A stretch of DNA of 64,000 nt from Caldisericia bacterium (GCA_040768585.1 JAXGMQ010000001.1:2059224-2123223), one strand, 5' to 3'; counted from the stretch's first letter, positions 7,938 to 18,741 are shown. Notes: generated from the sequence alone by a model not told the origin. Numbers and translations: made by a program.

Positions 7938-10709
7938 CTAAGGGGTTACATACTGCGTCAATATGATTGTCTTTGTCTCTGCCACCCACTCGACTTGAGC
8001 TCCGAGAGCCTCAGCAATGAACCTGAAAGGAAGCATCGTCCTGCCGCCTATTATCTGGGGTGGAGGGGACACGGTGACGGTCTCAGCATTCACAATGGCT
8101 GTGGTGGAATCAACCGTGACAATTATAAGACTCTCACCTTGTGTGATGATGACCGACTTCGTTTCAGCTTGCCATTGGACATCAGCGTTAAAGGCTTCCG
8201 ACACAGCTCTGACTGGCACCATTGTGCTGCCACTAAGTACTGTTGGTGGTGGATCTATCGTTTTTTCCACCCCATCAACAGTCATCACATTGGAGCCAAT
8301 CTGCATCACAACATCAAGCTTCTTGATGTTCTTTATGTTTATGCTTTGTTTTGTGCCATTGCCATACAGGTCGGTTGCTTCAAGCTCAATATCTGTGATA
8401 CTTGGCGCTGGGTCAATTGGAACAGTTATCTCAAACTCAGTGTTCTCCTCTGCCACAACCTCACCTTTGAAGGAGATAGTGCATGGCTCATCGGTTGTGC
8501 ACTTGATGACGACATCCTCTGCATTGGTCAAATCCTCAACCTCTTCGATTGTGAGAGTTGGAGCAACGTCATCAGGGGGCATGGTCAGCTTCACTGGAAT
8601 GAGCATCTGTCCACCATTTCTCCAGGAAAGAACCACATTGCCAATGTGTTCCTTGCCAAGCTGGAGTCCTTCTGTCTCAACAGTGAACTCAACCTTCTCA
8701 GATGATTTCCTTTTGACGGTTATATCCTCAACTGGAATCTTTATCCAATCAACATCACTTGAAACCTCAATGTCTATCCATGTGGAAGAGGTGTTATTGA
8801 TGATGAGTTTCTTTTCAATCACCTCGTCTTTTTCTACCTCACCCAGGTCAAACTCGTCTGGGCTTGTTGTTGGCCCCTTGGTCTTGACAGTAACCACAAC
8901 ATCCTTCGAGCCATCAATCCAGTCAACGGTGAGTATCCCCTCAAGGGAAGCTCCAAATGTAGCGCTTAGGATATCGATTCCAACCTCAACCTCAGCTGTT
9001 CCCTTTGGGATGATTGAAAGGTTCCTCTGACTGATTGTCATCCATTCCTGTTCACTTGTGAGTTTTATATTCACAGTCCTTGGTGAACCGTTGTATATGG
9101 TGAGTTTTGCGGTTTCATTTTCATCAATGTCAACATATCCAATGTCTATTGCATCATCACAAACAGGCTCAATCTTATCAACTACTGTCACCTTTATTGA
9201 TGCCTCGACCTCTGTTCCCTCAACCTTACCTGTGACAATACACTCACCTGGTTCAAGCGTTGTTATTTTGCCGAAATTGTTGACATTGCAAACTGTCTCA
9301 TCGTCTGTTGACCACTGAACCACGGCATCACTTAGCATGTTCTTGTCTTTATCGACAACCTTCCACTGAAGCTGAACCTCGTCATTCTTCTCAAGTGTCA
9401 TTATGTCAGAATCGAGAATTATTGCATGTGGGTCACCAAGGGGGACAAACTCGTAACAGTGGAGTATGCCGTCATTTGTTGCAAAAACCAGTTTGTTATA
9501 GGAGGAAACCTGTATTGTTGCGATTCCTTTTTTGAAGGTGAGTTTCTCTTTTTCTGTTCCTGTTTCCAGATCGAGCAGTAGTAATTCTGATGAAAAACCA
9601 TCTCCATTTTTCTCGTATAGATCAACAATCACATTGTTGCCGGCAATTGTGACAAAATCAACGAGTTTGTCGACTTTCTTCGACCAGTTTCTATCGTCAT
9701 CATCGTCCTTTGTACTTCTACAGAAAATCTCTCCCTTATGCGTTCCATAAACCACGAACTCATCAGTGGTTGCGAGGTTGCTTGTTACAAACGTCTCGAG
9801 TTTGTGAGACCAAATCTTGTCCTTGTCATCCAACGAGTAACATTCGACATAGGTTTTTCTTTTATCGTAGGACATTTTGTAATCACCATAATTTTTCTTA
9901 GTAACAAAATTGTCTCCACTTATACTTGGGTCGGTATAGTATGAATCGCCACTATTATCCAAAGGAGACCAACATACTTTCCCACTTGTCCCTCTACTAT
10001 AGACAGTGTCATAATTTGTAAAGAGTATTGTGTTATCACTTATTACAGGCTTCCCGACAAATAACTCAGATGATTTATAAAGCGAACTGACCTTTTTGTT
10101 TGATGGATCGAGTACGAACAAGTTTCTATCCGTGATAAAGTATGCCTTGTTATTGTAGAACGCTGGTTCCGGTTGAAAGATCATGTTTTCAAGGGTTTTC
10201 TCCGCCACTTCAACAGTCCAGGTAATAGAACCGTTGGTTGGATTTATGCATCTTATTCCCTCAATTGTACCAATATATATGAGGTCTTTGTTATCATCGT
10301 AGCAGAGCGAACCAAATCCCAAAGGTAAGTCTGAGACTGTTTTTGAGAATTGCTTCTTACCTGTCAGGGAATAAGCAACCAGCTGATCCTCCTCAATTGA
10401 GTATATTTTGTCATTGAACATATAGAAACTTGGCGTCCAATCATCATCATCTCCCAGGTAACCCTTTGAAGATATCTTGAGCGTCCATGATTCCTTGAGC
10501 TTTGAGTTGGCTGCGCAACAGTCGGTTGATACGGAGAAACTATTTCTGCAGTTACCACCAGTCTCTGACCACCCTTCGCAATCTGTTCCTGATGAGCTGA
10601 CAGCTGATGTTCCCACTTTTCTGTCCAAACCGTCATCGCCTCTTGCGACAGAGCCAGACAAGCTCAATGTCAGAGCGATTGCAATACAAACTACTACTAA
10701 CTTTTTCAT
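7938..10709 (-). CDS. Secreted surface protein: PQQ-like beta-propeller repeats, Big_2 Ig-like domain, and two C-terminal CuAO-N-like anchor modules.
   Basis: Signal peptide MKKLVVVCIAIALTLSLSGSVA. Big_2-like segment (DEVQLQWKVVDKDKNMLSDAVVQWSTDDETVCNVNNFGKITTLEPGECIVTGKV). C-terminal GSTMVPVRAVSEAFNADVQWQAETKSVIIT and GRTMLPFRFIAEALGAQVEWVAETKTIILT. Confidence 0.65.
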   Translation of the reverse strand: MKKLVVVCIAIALTLSLSGSVARGDDGLDRKVGTSAVSSSGTDCEGWSETGGNCRNSFSVSTDCCAANSKLKESWTLKISSKGYLGDDDDWTPSFYMFNDKIYSIEEDQLVAYSLTGKKQFSKTVSDLPLGFGSLCYDDNKDLIYIGTIEGIRCINPTNGSITWTVEVAEKTLENMIFQPEPAFYNNKAYFITDRNLFVLDPSNKKVSSLYKSSELFVGKPVISDNTILFTNYDTVYSRGTSGKVCWSPLDNSGDSYYTDPSISGDNFVTKKNYGDYKMSYDKRKTYVECYSLDDKDKIWSHKLETFVTSNLATTDEFVVYGTHKGEIFCRSTKDDDDDRNWSKKVDKLVDFVTIAGNNVIVDLYEKNGDGFSSELLLLDLETGTEKEKLTFKKGIATIQVSSYNKLVFATNDGILHCYEFVPLGDPHAIILDSDIMTLEKNDEVQLQWKVVDKDKNMLSDAVVQWSTDDETVCNVNNFGKITTLEPGECIVTGKVEGTEVEASIKVTVVDKIEPVCDDAIDIGYVDIDENETAKLTIYNGSPRTVNIKLTSEQEWMTISQRNLSIIPKGTAEVEVGIDILSATFGASLEGILTVDWIDGSKDVVVTVKTKGPTTSPDEFDLGEVEKDEVIEKKLIINNTSSTWIDIEVSSDVDWIKIPVEDITVKRKSSEKVEFTVETEGLQLGKEHIGNVVLSWRNGGQMLIPVKLTMPPDDVAPTLTIEEVEDLTNAEDVVIKCTTDEPCTISFKGEVVAEENTEFEITVPIDPAPSITDIELEATDLYGNGTKQSINIKNIKKLDVVMQIGSNVMTVDGVEKTIDPPPTVLSGSTMVPVRAVSEAFNADVQWQAETKSVIITQGESLIIVTVDSTTAIVNAETVTVSPPPQIIGGRTMLPFRFIAEALGAQVEWVAETKTIILTQYVTP

Positions 10710-10734
10710 TGTTTTCTCCTCAGAATAATATTGA

Positions 10735-12525
10735 CTATGGAACGATGTCCATCTTGATTGTTATTTTTTTGGTTTCTGCCTCCCACTCTACTGAGGCTCC
10801 GAGTGCTTCAGATATAAACCTGAATGGCACCATCGTACGACCTTTTAGTATTTGAGCGGGTGGGTCAACGGCTTTGCTTTCGCTATTTACAAACGCAACG
10901 GTTGAACCCAATGGAAGCGTTATTGAGATATCTTTGAATGTAATAAAGACAGTCCTGGTGTTGCCATCCCAGTTCACATTTGCGCCAAATGCTTCAGCGA
11001 CTGCTCTGATTGGAACCATTGTTCTGCCTGAGAGAATTGTGGGCGGTGGATCAATTGCAACGGCATATTCGTCAACAGTCATTACAGGATTTCCGATATT
11101 TAGGATAACTGTTCGTTTTAGGATATTGATTACCTCGCCCAGCACTTGTGTATGATAGTTGCCCCACCTGTCGGATGACCATACTTTTATCTGTGTTTTA
11201 CTTGGTGCTGGACTGATTGCAATAGAGGCAGAGAATGATCCGTCATCCTCCACGGCAACTTCCACACCGTTTATCTTGAGTTTGCTTCCAGGCTCAGTTT
11301 TACCACTTACAACTACTGAGTCTGCTCCGTACACATCTTCTAAGGGGTTAATCTCAACCTCTGGCGGTTTGTTGTCTTTCAGGGTCTTGGCTTTAACAAT
11401 TAATGGGATATATCCGCCATCCCATTTGATCTCAAATCCCTCGGTGTAGTTTTCCTCTGGCTCCAGCTTGTTGGGCACAATTGTAAGTTCTATTTCTCTG
11501 GTCTCCTCTGGCTCAATGGTGCAGATGACTGGCGATACATCAAACCAGTCTGCGTTTTCAATGAATGAGATTTCGGCTGCAGCCGTACCTTTGTTCTTTA
11601 GAGTGAATTTTTCTGATTTTATGTATGATGCGTCGAGAACACCAAAATCGATGGAATCCTTATCGCAAAGAATAATTGGTTTTGACTCGTAAGTTATATT
11701 TTTTGATACTGACGAGCCTTCTTTTCGCCAGTCTGTGTAGGGTTTTATCGTATATTTTACTTTCTCATTGGCGATTGGCTGGCAATCACTAAACATTGTC
11801 GATTTTGTTACGGTTTTGAGGAATTCATCGTTCCTGTATATGTTGTATCTGTCATAATCAATATCGCCAAATTTTATTTCTGGCTTTTTCCATCTGAGTA
11901 TGACACATTTACCTAAAGACTCTATTGTTACATTCTCAACTGTTTTTGGTACTCTATTATCAGACACATCAAGGAATAAGTCGGTCCAATCTGTTGAGTC
12001 AACCTCTTCAATGAAACCACTTTTAGTATCATAGATGTTTACTTTCATCATAATCTGTACTGCTGCTATCTTAAAATCCTCTTCATATTTATTGATACAA
12101 AGAGGAGATTCGGGATTGTCATCAATGATTGGTAGATACGTGAATTCCAAAATATAGAAATAGGATCGGAGTGGGACGATAATTTCCCTACCATCCTCAT
12201 CTGTCCATTTAAATATCACTTCGAAACCAAATGGTTTTTCTTCTGTTCCAAGAAATTTTGTATGAGGAAGTGCGAGTATATTTAAAACCCTTATTTGTTC
12301 TCCATTTGCATCAATATGTCTATCGACAAAAAAATATACTTGATGAATATCGTTTGGTTTTCCACCCAATTCAGCCGGATCCTCAAGAAAAATCTTATCT
12401 ACAACTTCGTCATCAGCGTTCATAACCGGGATGGAGAATGAGAACGAAGTCATCACCAAAAGTAAAAGAACAGCAATCCATCTGAGTGGTTTCATACTTC
12501 CTCCTAATGTAATACCAACACGCAT
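10735..12525 (-). CDS. Secreted surface protein with two C-terminal CuAO-N-like anchor modules.
   Basis: N-terminal signal and transmembrane segment (MKPLRWIAVLLLLVMTSFSFS). C-terminal GRTMVPIRAVAEAFGANVNWDGNTRTVFITF and GRTMVPFRFISEALGASVEWEAETKKITIKM. The true start may be the internal Met at about 12495. Confidence 0.6.
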   Translation of the reverse strand: MRVGITLGGSMKPLRWIAVLLLLVMTSFSFSIPVMNADDEVVDKIFLEDPAELGGKPNDIHQVYFFVDRHIDANGEQIRVLNILALPHTKFLGTEEKPFGFEVIFKWTDEDGREIIVPLRSYFYILEFTYLPIIDDNPESPLCINKYEEDFKIAAVQIMMKVNIYDTKSGFIEEVDSTDWTDLFLDVSDNRVPKTVENVTIESLGKCVILRWKKPEIKFGDIDYDRYNIYRNDEFLKTVTKSTMFSDCQPIANEKVKYTIKPYTDWRKEGSSVSKNITYESKPIILCDKDSIDFGVLDASYIKSEKFTLKNKGTAAAEISFIENADWFDVSPVICTIEPEETREIELTIVPNKLEPEENYTEGFEIKWDGGYIPLIVKAKTLKDNKPPEVEINPLEDVYGADSVVVSGKTEPGSKLKINGVEVAVEDDGSFSASIAISPAPSKTQIKVWSSDRWGNYHTQVLGEVINILKRTVILNIGNPVMTVDEYAVAIDPPPTILSGRTMVPIRAVAEAFGANVNWDGNTRTVFITFKDISITLPLGSTVAFVNSESKAVDPPAQILKGRTMVPFRFISEALGASVEWEAETKKITIKMDIVP

Positions 12526-12631
12526 CTAAATTTATCAGAAATGAATATAAAATCAAATGCTCTTACGAGTTTATTTAAACAAAATGTAAACCAGGCATGT
12601 TCTTGAAAAAACCTGTGTAATTTTGTATAGA

Positions 12632-12668
12632 AAATAAAAAAGCCCCCCTAACAGGGGGGCTTTTTTAT
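12632..12668 (-). terminator. Bidirectional rho-independent terminator ending the rpoB–EF-G2–rpoC operon.
   Basis: AAAAAAGCCCCCC-taaca-GGGGGGCTTTTTT, with A-run and T-run flanks. It lies 28 nt downstream of the rpoC stop. Confidence 0.8.
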
Positions 12669-12695
12669 TAAAAGTATCGATTTCTTTGTTGGCTT

Positions 12696-15600
12696 TTATG
12701 CCTCTATAAGTTCCTCATCAATAATAGCGGATTCATCCGATTCCTCGAGTGACTCGAGGTCAAAGCCCTTGTAGCTGTCGATACCCGTGCCTGCTGGTAT
12801 GAGCTGACCGACAATGATTGCCTCTTTAAGTCCGTGTATCGGGTCTATTTTTCCCTCTGCGGCAGCCTTCGCAAGAACCCTTGGTGTTTCCTGGAAACTG
12901 GCAGCAGAGAGGAACGAGTCGGAGGTGATAGCGGATTTCGTGACTCTCTGGAGCACAGGCATGAACGTGGCCGGCTTCTTGTTTTGGGCAATTAGAAGTC
13001 TATTGGCTTCCTCAATCTCAAGCTTGTCATGAATCTCTCTCAGGATAAATTCTGAATCACCTGGATCCTTGATTTGGACTCTGCGGAGAAGTTGGTGAAT
13101 GATTATTTCGATGTGTTTGTCGTTGATATCTACACCCTGAGATTTGTACACCTTTTGAATCTGCTCAATGAGATAGTTCTGGGTCGCTCTGATACCCTTG
13201 ATTTTGAGGAGGTCATGGGGATTGAGCGGGCCCTCTGTAAGAGGTTGTCCTGCATCGATTGTTTCACCATCTGACACGAGAAGTTTACTAATATATGAGG
13301 CTTTGTAGGACTTCGAAGCCCCATCCTTGCTTGTGACTGTGATATTGAGAAGGTCTTGATCTTGCTCGATTGAAACCTCGCCAGAGATTGATGTGATGGG
13401 GGCTTCGCCCTTCGGTTTCCTCGCCTCGAAGAGCTCCTCGACCCTTGGAAGACCTGATGTGATATCGACTGATGCGACACCACCCATGTGGAATGTCTTG
13501 AGTGTAAGCTGTGTTCCGGGTTCTCCGATTGACTGAGCAGCGACAGTTCCCACTGCCTCACCAACGTTGACGAGTTTTCTGGTTGAAAGGTCTCTACCGT
13601 AGCAAAGGGCGCATACACCTTCACTACTCGAACACATCATAGGAGACCTTACCTTGACCTTCTCGATTCTAGCTTCAGTGATTTGTTCAATGGCTATTTC
13701 GTCGATGATTTCATTCTGCTTGAGCAGAACCTCTGGATCACCTGTGGCGATGAGTATATCAACTATTCCAAGCTTTTTCGCGTGTGAGAGAAGTTTTTTT
13801 GTTACCTTTATGCCGGACTCAAAAACAATCTCGCCGTTCTCCTGGATGTCTTGGGCTAATGTCTTACCTACAGAATCAGCATCGTTTACATCGACCACCT
13901 CAGACGGATAAACGAGGATATCCTCAGCAGCCGTTCTACCGATTATTCTCTCCTTGAGTGGCTCAATTAATGACTTGCCGTCGTAGAGAGGAGTGAGAAT
14001 GATTCCTTCAATAGGTGTTGTCACAACCACATGGTCGATACCGAGTTCGTCAACCTCAACAGCTTTCTTGAGTGATATTGTCTTGCCTGCCTGGACTATA
14101 ACCTTGTTGGTAACCGGGTCTTTGATATCTTCAGCAGCAGTCTTCCCAACAATCTGGATAGAGATCTTCTTCTGAATCTCACCAGCTACGATAATTGGTC
14201 TGACTTCGCTTCTGCAGCAATCATGTTCTCTTACAACGATATCATGTGATACATCGACAAGACGCCTTGTGAGGTATCCTGAGTCAGATGTTCTAAGAGC
14301 TGTATCGGCAAGACCCTTTCTCGCACCAGAGGTTGAGATGAAGTATTCAAGAACGGTGTGACCCTCTTTGAGGTTGGATTTGATAGGGAACTCAATGATC
14401 TTGTTTGTTGGGTCAGCCATAAGTCCACGAAGACCAACAAGCTGGTTAATCTGTTTGGGCGATCCTCTCGCTCCAGAATTTGCCATCATGTGGATCGGGT
14501 CATATGGTGTAAAGCTTGTGAAAACCTCGTTTTTAATTTCTTCCGAAGCACCCCTCCAAAGTGAGATTACCTCTTCGTATCTCTCGTTATCCGAAATGAG
14601 TCCCCTCTCGAAATATTCAGTTACCTTGTCAACCTTTTTTTCGGTTTCCTGGACAATCTCATCACGCTTTTTTGGGACAATCATGTTTGGCATACCGATT
14701 GACATACCACCGATTGACGCCCACTCGAAACCGATCTCTTTGATCTTGTCAAGAAGAACAGCAGTGATGGCTGAACCATTGATACGGTAGCACTCTAGAA
14801 TCTGGTTTCTTAATTCACCAACCTTCATCACTTCGTTGATGAAGGGAAGATTCCATCCACCGGTGTAAGAGCTGTCTGTTGCCTGCTCATAAACATCGGC
14901 TCTGTGTGACATCTCGGGCTCAAGGGTTTCACGAACCATCCCGTTGTAAAGAACTCTGCCAACTGATGTGATGATTGTTTTGCCGTTTTTGTCGGTGACT
15001 GTGTGATTTCTTCCGTTTTCTCGGTAGCTCTCACCGTATGGGATTCTGTATTTGACGGTGTCACGGAGCTTGTGAATGCCCTGTTTGTAGGAATTGTTAA
15101 CCTCGAAGTAGTTATCGTAGGTCTTGTCGACAAAGTGGGAATCGTCTGTGAGTGTGATGTAATAGCAGCCAAGGATAATGTCCTCAATTGGGGTGATGAT
15201 TGGGTCACCAGATGCAGGAGACAGAATTGAACGGGAGGAGAGCATGAGAATCCTTGACTCCATCTGAGCCGAGAGCGTAAGTGGGACATGAACAGCCATC
15301 TGGTCACCGTCAAAGTCAGCGTTGAATGGCTTACAGACAAGCGGTGGGATCTGAAGCGCTTTGCCCTCGCAAAGAACCGGGTCAAATGCTTCGATACCAA
15401 GTCTGTGGAGTGTTGGAGCACGGTTGAGAAGAACTGGGTGTCCCTTAACAACCTCAGATAGAATTTTGTAAACTTCTGGGTGCTGCTGCTCGATTAGTGA
15501 CCTTGCCTGCCTAAGGCTCTGTGTGAATCCAGTTCTGACAAGCCCTTCCATGACAAACGGCTTAAAGAGTTCGAGCGCCATTTCCTTCGGAAGACCGCAC

Positions 15601-16643
15601 TGGTCAATACGAAGCCTTGGATTGACAACAATTACGGAACGACCGGAGTAGTCAACGCGTTTTCCAAGAAGGTTCTGTCTGAAACGACCCTCTTTACCCT
15701 TGAGTGTGTCTGAGAGAGACTTGAGTGGTCTGTTGGCTGTGCCGAGGATTGGTCTGTCGCGCTTTGAGTTATCGAACAGAGCATCAACCGATTCCTGAAG
15801 CATACGCTTCTCGTTTTGAATCATGATGTCCGGAGCTTTGACTTCCATGAGCTTCTTGAGCCTGGTGTTCCTGTTGATGACGCGCTGATATAAGTCGTTG
15901 AGGTCAGCAGTTGCGAATCTGCCGCCCTCGAGTTGGATGAGCGGTCGAAGGTCTGGCGGAATTACTGGGATGACATCAAGAATCATGTTTGCAGGAGTTC
16001 TACCTGTTGACTGGAACGCCTTGACGACATTGAGCCTCTTGATGGCTTTTGCTTTTTTCTGGGCTGAGCCACTCTCAAGGTCAACAATGAGCTCCTCTTC
16101 GAGCTTGTTAAGGTCTATCTCTGAAATCAAATCAAGGATTGCCTCAGCGCCCTTCTTGGCTTTGAATTCATACTGTTTGCTGTACTCTCTGTATTCCTCG
16201 TCTGTGAGGAGTTGCATTTTCTTGAGCGGAGAATCCATTTCATCAATAACGACATAGTTGATGAAATATGTGATTTTTGCCAATACCTTGCCAGTGATAT
16301 TCAGAAGCAGTGCGATGTATGGCATTGTTTTGAGATACCAGGTGTGAATGACTGGAGCTGCAAGCTCGATGTGACCAAATCTCTCACGTCTTACTTTGTT
16401 GATGATGACTTCAACTCCGCAGCGGTCACAAACAACACCCTTGTACCTGGCTCCTTTGAATTTTCCGCATCTGCACTCGTAATCCCTCATGGGACCAAAA
16501 ATCTTCTCGCAGAACAAACCATCTGGCTCTGGTTTGAAGTTTCTGTATGAGATTGTTTCAGACTTCTTTACCTCTCCATGACTCCAGGAGCGAATCTCCT
16601 CAGGAGAAGCCAAAAGAATCCGAACGGCGGTGTTTTTCTCCAC
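12696..16643 (-). CDS. rpoC: DNA-directed RNA polymerase subunit beta' (rpoC).
   Basis: N-terminal zinc-binding motif region (YECRCGKFKGARYKGVVCDRCGVEV) and the NADFDGDQMAVHVPL catalytic motif. Length 1315 aa. Confidence 0.95.
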   Translation of the reverse strand: MEKNTAVRILLASPEEIRSWSHGEVKKSETISYRNFKPEPDGLFCEKIFGPMRDYECRCGKFKGARYKGVVCDRCGVEVIINKVRRERFGHIELAAPVIHTWYLKTMPYIALLLNITGKVLAKITYFINYVVIDEMDSPLKKMQLLTDEEYREYSKQYEFKAKKGAEAILDLISEIDLNKLEEELIVDLESGSAQKKAKAIKRLNVVKAFQSTGRTPANMILDVIPVIPPDLRPLIQLEGGRFATADLNDLYQRVINRNTRLKKLMEVKAPDIMIQNEKRMLQESVDALFDNSKRDRPILGTANRPLKSLSDTLKGKEGRFRQNLLGKRVDYSGRSVIVVNPRLRIDQCGLPKEMALELFKPFVMEGLVRTGFTQSLRQARSLIEQQHPEVYKILSEVVKGHPVLLNRAPTLHRLGIEAFDPVLCEGKALQIPPLVCKPFNADFDGDQMAVHVPLTLSAQMESRILMLSSRSILSPASGDPIITPIEDIILGCYYITLTDDSHFVDKTYDNYFEVNNSYKQGIHKLRDTVKYRIPYGESYRENGRNHTVTDKNGKTIITSVGRVLYNGMVRETLEPEMSHRADVYEQATDSSYTGGWNLPFINEVMKVGELRNQILECYRINGSAITAVLLDKIKEIGFEWASIGGMSIGMPNMIVPKKRDEIVQETEKKVDKVTEYFERGLISDNERYEEVISLWRGASEEIKNEVFTSFTPYDPIHMMANSGARGSPKQINQLVGLRGLMADPTNKIIEFPIKSNLKEGHTVLEYFISTSGARKGLADTALRTSDSGYLTRRLVDVSHDIVVREHDCCRSEVRPIIVAGEIQKKISIQIVGKTAAEDIKDPVTNKVIVQAGKTISLKKAVEVDELGIDHVVVTTPIEGIILTPLYDGKSLIEPLKERIIGRTAAEDILVYPSEVVDVNDADSVGKTLAQDIQENGEIVFESGIKVTKKLLSHAKKLGIVDILIATGDPEVLLKQNEIIDEIAIEQITEARIEKVKVRSPMMCSSSEGVCALCYGRDLSTRKLVNVGEAVGTVAAQSIGEPGTQLTLKTFHMGGVASVDITSGLPRVEELFEARKPKGEAPITSISGEVSIEQDQDLLNITVTSKDGASKSYKASYISKLLVSDGETIDAGQPLTEGPLNPHDLLKIKGIRATQNYLIEQIQKVYKSQGVDINDKHIEIIIHQLLRRVQIKDPGDSEFILREIHDKLEIEEANRLLIAQNKKPATFMPVLQRVTKSAITSDSFLSAASFQETPRVLAKAAAEGKIDPIHGLKEAIIVGQLIPAGTGIDSYKGFDLESLEESDESAIIDEELIEA

Positions 16644-16656
16644 GATATGCCTCCTA

Positions 16657-18741
16657 CTAGCCCTGTTGCTCTTTCTCGGCCTGGGCTGCGGCTATGACAT
16701 CTTCCTGAAGTTTTGGTGGTGCGATTTCGTAATGGTCAAACTCCATTGAGAATGTTCCACGTCCCTGGGTTATCTGGTTGAGATCGATTGCGTATCTCTG
16801 AACCTCAACAAGTGGAGCTTGGGCTTTGATGACCTGGTTCTTGCCTGATGCCTCTGAGCCCATGATTCTGCCACGCTTGGATGAGATGTCACCCATGATG
16901 TCACCCATGTACTGGTCTGGAACGATGATTGTCATATTGTAGATTGGCTCAAGAATAACTGGATTTGCCTGATCCATAGCCGCTCTGAACGCAAGGTTTG
17001 CAGCCATCTTGAAGGCCATTTCAGAAGAGTCAACAGCGTGGTATGAGCCGTCATAAACATTAACGCCGATGTCTGTGACCTGGAATCCTGCGAGTTTGCC
17101 CTCAACTAGCGCTTCTCTCCAGCCCTTCTCGATTGCAGGGACGTAGTTCTTTGGAATGGCTCCACCAAAGATTGACTCGGTGAACTCAAAACCCGAACCT
17201 CTTGGAAGTGGTTTGACCTCGCACCAGCAGTCTCCGAACTGTCCATGACCACCGGTCTGTTTCTTGTGACGACCCTGAACCTTGACTGCCCTTGAGATAG
17301 TTTCTCTGTATGCGATCTTTGGCCAGCTTGTAGTCACGTTTACACCAAATTTGCTCTGGAGTTTCTCGATTGATGCGTTGATATGGGCTTCGCCAAGACC
17401 ACCGAGAACGATTTCTCTTGTCTCGTCTGACCTGACATATTCCAAACTTGGGTCTTCCTCGATGAGCCTCTTAACAGATGTGCCAATCTTATCCTCGTCG
17501 GCTTTTGATTTTGCATGAAGCGCCATTCTCATGACTGGATTGGGGAACTTGATCCCTGTGATGTTGATTTCGTTGCCCTTCTCGCAAAGCGAATCGCCTG
17601 TGAGTGTGTGGGCAAGCTTTGTGAGTACCGCAATGTCTCCAGCCATGACCTCTGAGACGTTGACCTGCTTCTTGCCAAATGGGATTGAGATTGCGCTGAT
17701 TCTTTCAATCTCACCCTTTGCAACATTTATTGGCTTTGTGTCTGAACGAAGCATACCGGATGTTACCTTGAGGTAACTGATTCTGCCAACAAATGGGTCA
17801 GCTGATGTTTTAAAGACAAATGCAGAAAATGGCTTAGATTTGTCGATTGCGACTTCGGCGTCTGCGCCTTTTGGATCCTTACCGGTTTCTGGTGGTCTCA
17901 TATCAGGTGATGGGAGAAGATTGACAACTGAGTCGAGAATGTTCTGAACACCGATGTTAGAAAGTCCTGAGCAAGCCATGATTGGGAAGACCTTACCTGT
18001 CATGATGGCGTCGTTGAGAGCCTTGATAATGTCTTCCTGAGATGGCTCGTTGCCCTCAAGATAGGCTTCGAGCATGGCGTCGTTTGTCTCTGAGACGACC
18101 TCTACAAGGTTTGCGTAGTACTCGTCCCTCTTTGACTTGAGTTCCGCTGGTATCTCTTCGACTTTGGACTTCTTACCGCCGCCCTCGAAGGTGTAGGCTT
18201 TACCGCTCACAACATCGACAACACCCTTGAAGTTTTCGCCTTCCCCCCACGGGAAGGTGAAGACCATCGCAGACTTTGTGAGGTTTTCTATGATTTGGGG
18301 GATTACCTCATCAAAGTTCGCATTCTCTCTGTCCATTTTGTTGACGACGATGATTCTTGGGAGGTTTCTCTCCTCGCAATAGTGCCACATCTTCTCAGTG
18401 CCAACCTGGACACCACCAAGAACGTCGATGAACACAAGGGCTGAGTCTGCGGCTCTGATACCTGAGACAGCCTCCCCCAAGAAGTCAAAGAAGCCGGGTG
18501 TGTCGATTATGTTTATCTTTGTGTTTTTATACTCTATCGGGGCAACTGCCATGTTGATTGAGAGCCCCTTCTTTGCCTCGTCTGGGTCAAAGTCGGAGAT
18601 TGTGCTACCAGTTGCAACTGCGCCAATCTTGTCGATAGCACCGCTATCGAATGCTGCAGCATCAAGCCAGGATGTTTTACCTGCGCCACCGTGTGAGCAA
18701 AGCACTATATTGCGAATATCTTTTGTGTCGTAAGTTTTCAT
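16657..18741 (-). CDS. Elongation factor G family GTPase, an EF-G2-like paralog, encoded between rpoB and rpoC.
   Basis: G1 motif SHGGAGKTS (compare the GHAGSGKTT of Thermus EF-G-2 rather than the AHIDAGKTT of canonical EF-G), G3 DTPG, G4 NKMD. EF-G domain II–V architecture, 694 aa. The gaps to rpoB and rpoC are 26 and 13 nt. Confidence 0.8.
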   Translation of the reverse strand: MKTYDTKDIRNIVLCSHGGAGKTSWLDAAAFDSGAIDKIGAVATGSTISDFDPDEAKKGLSINMAVAPIEYKNTKINIIDTPGFFDFLGEAVSGIRAADSALVFIDVLGGVQVGTEKMWHYCEERNLPRIIVVNKMDRENANFDEVIPQIIENLTKSAMVFTFPWGEGENFKGVVDVVSGKAYTFEGGGKKSKVEEIPAELKSKRDEYYANLVEVVSETNDAMLEAYLEGNEPSQEDIIKALNDAIMTGKVFPIMACSGLSNIGVQNILDSVVNLLPSPDMRPPETGKDPKGADAEVAIDKSKPFSAFVFKTSADPFVGRISYLKVTSGMLRSDTKPINVAKGEIERISAISIPFGKKQVNVSEVMAGDIAVLTKLAHTLTGDSLCEKGNEINITGIKFPNPVMRMALHAKSKADEDKIGTSVKRLIEEDPSLEYVRSDETREIVLGGLGEAHINASIEKLQSKFGVNVTTSWPKIAYRETISRAVKVQGRHKKQTGGHGQFGDCWCEVKPLPRGSGFEFTESIFGGAIPKNYVPAIEKGWREALVEGKLAGFQVTDIGVNVYDGSYHAVDSSEMAFKMAANLAFRAAMDQANPVILEPIYNMTIIVPDQYMGDIMGDISSKRGRIMGSEASGKNQVIKAQAPLVEVQRYAIDLNQITQGRGTFSMEFDHYEIAPPKLQEDVIAAAQAEKEQQG

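Noticed and set aside
7890-9030. Long plus-strand ORFs (271 aa and 337 aa) antisense to the 923-aa surface-protein gene.
   Set aside because: They lie entirely inside a strongly supported minus-strand gene. Their translations are low-complexity (Ser/Thr/Val-rich) mirror artefacts, with no ribosome-binding site or domain signal.
13130-15451. Antisense ORFs of 140–207 aa inside rpoC (for example 14828–15451 minus-strand frame, 14368–14790 plus).
   Set aside because: They are embedded in the highly conserved rpoC coding sequence. Ser/Thr/Arg-rich translations are typical of out-of-frame reading. Not independent genes.
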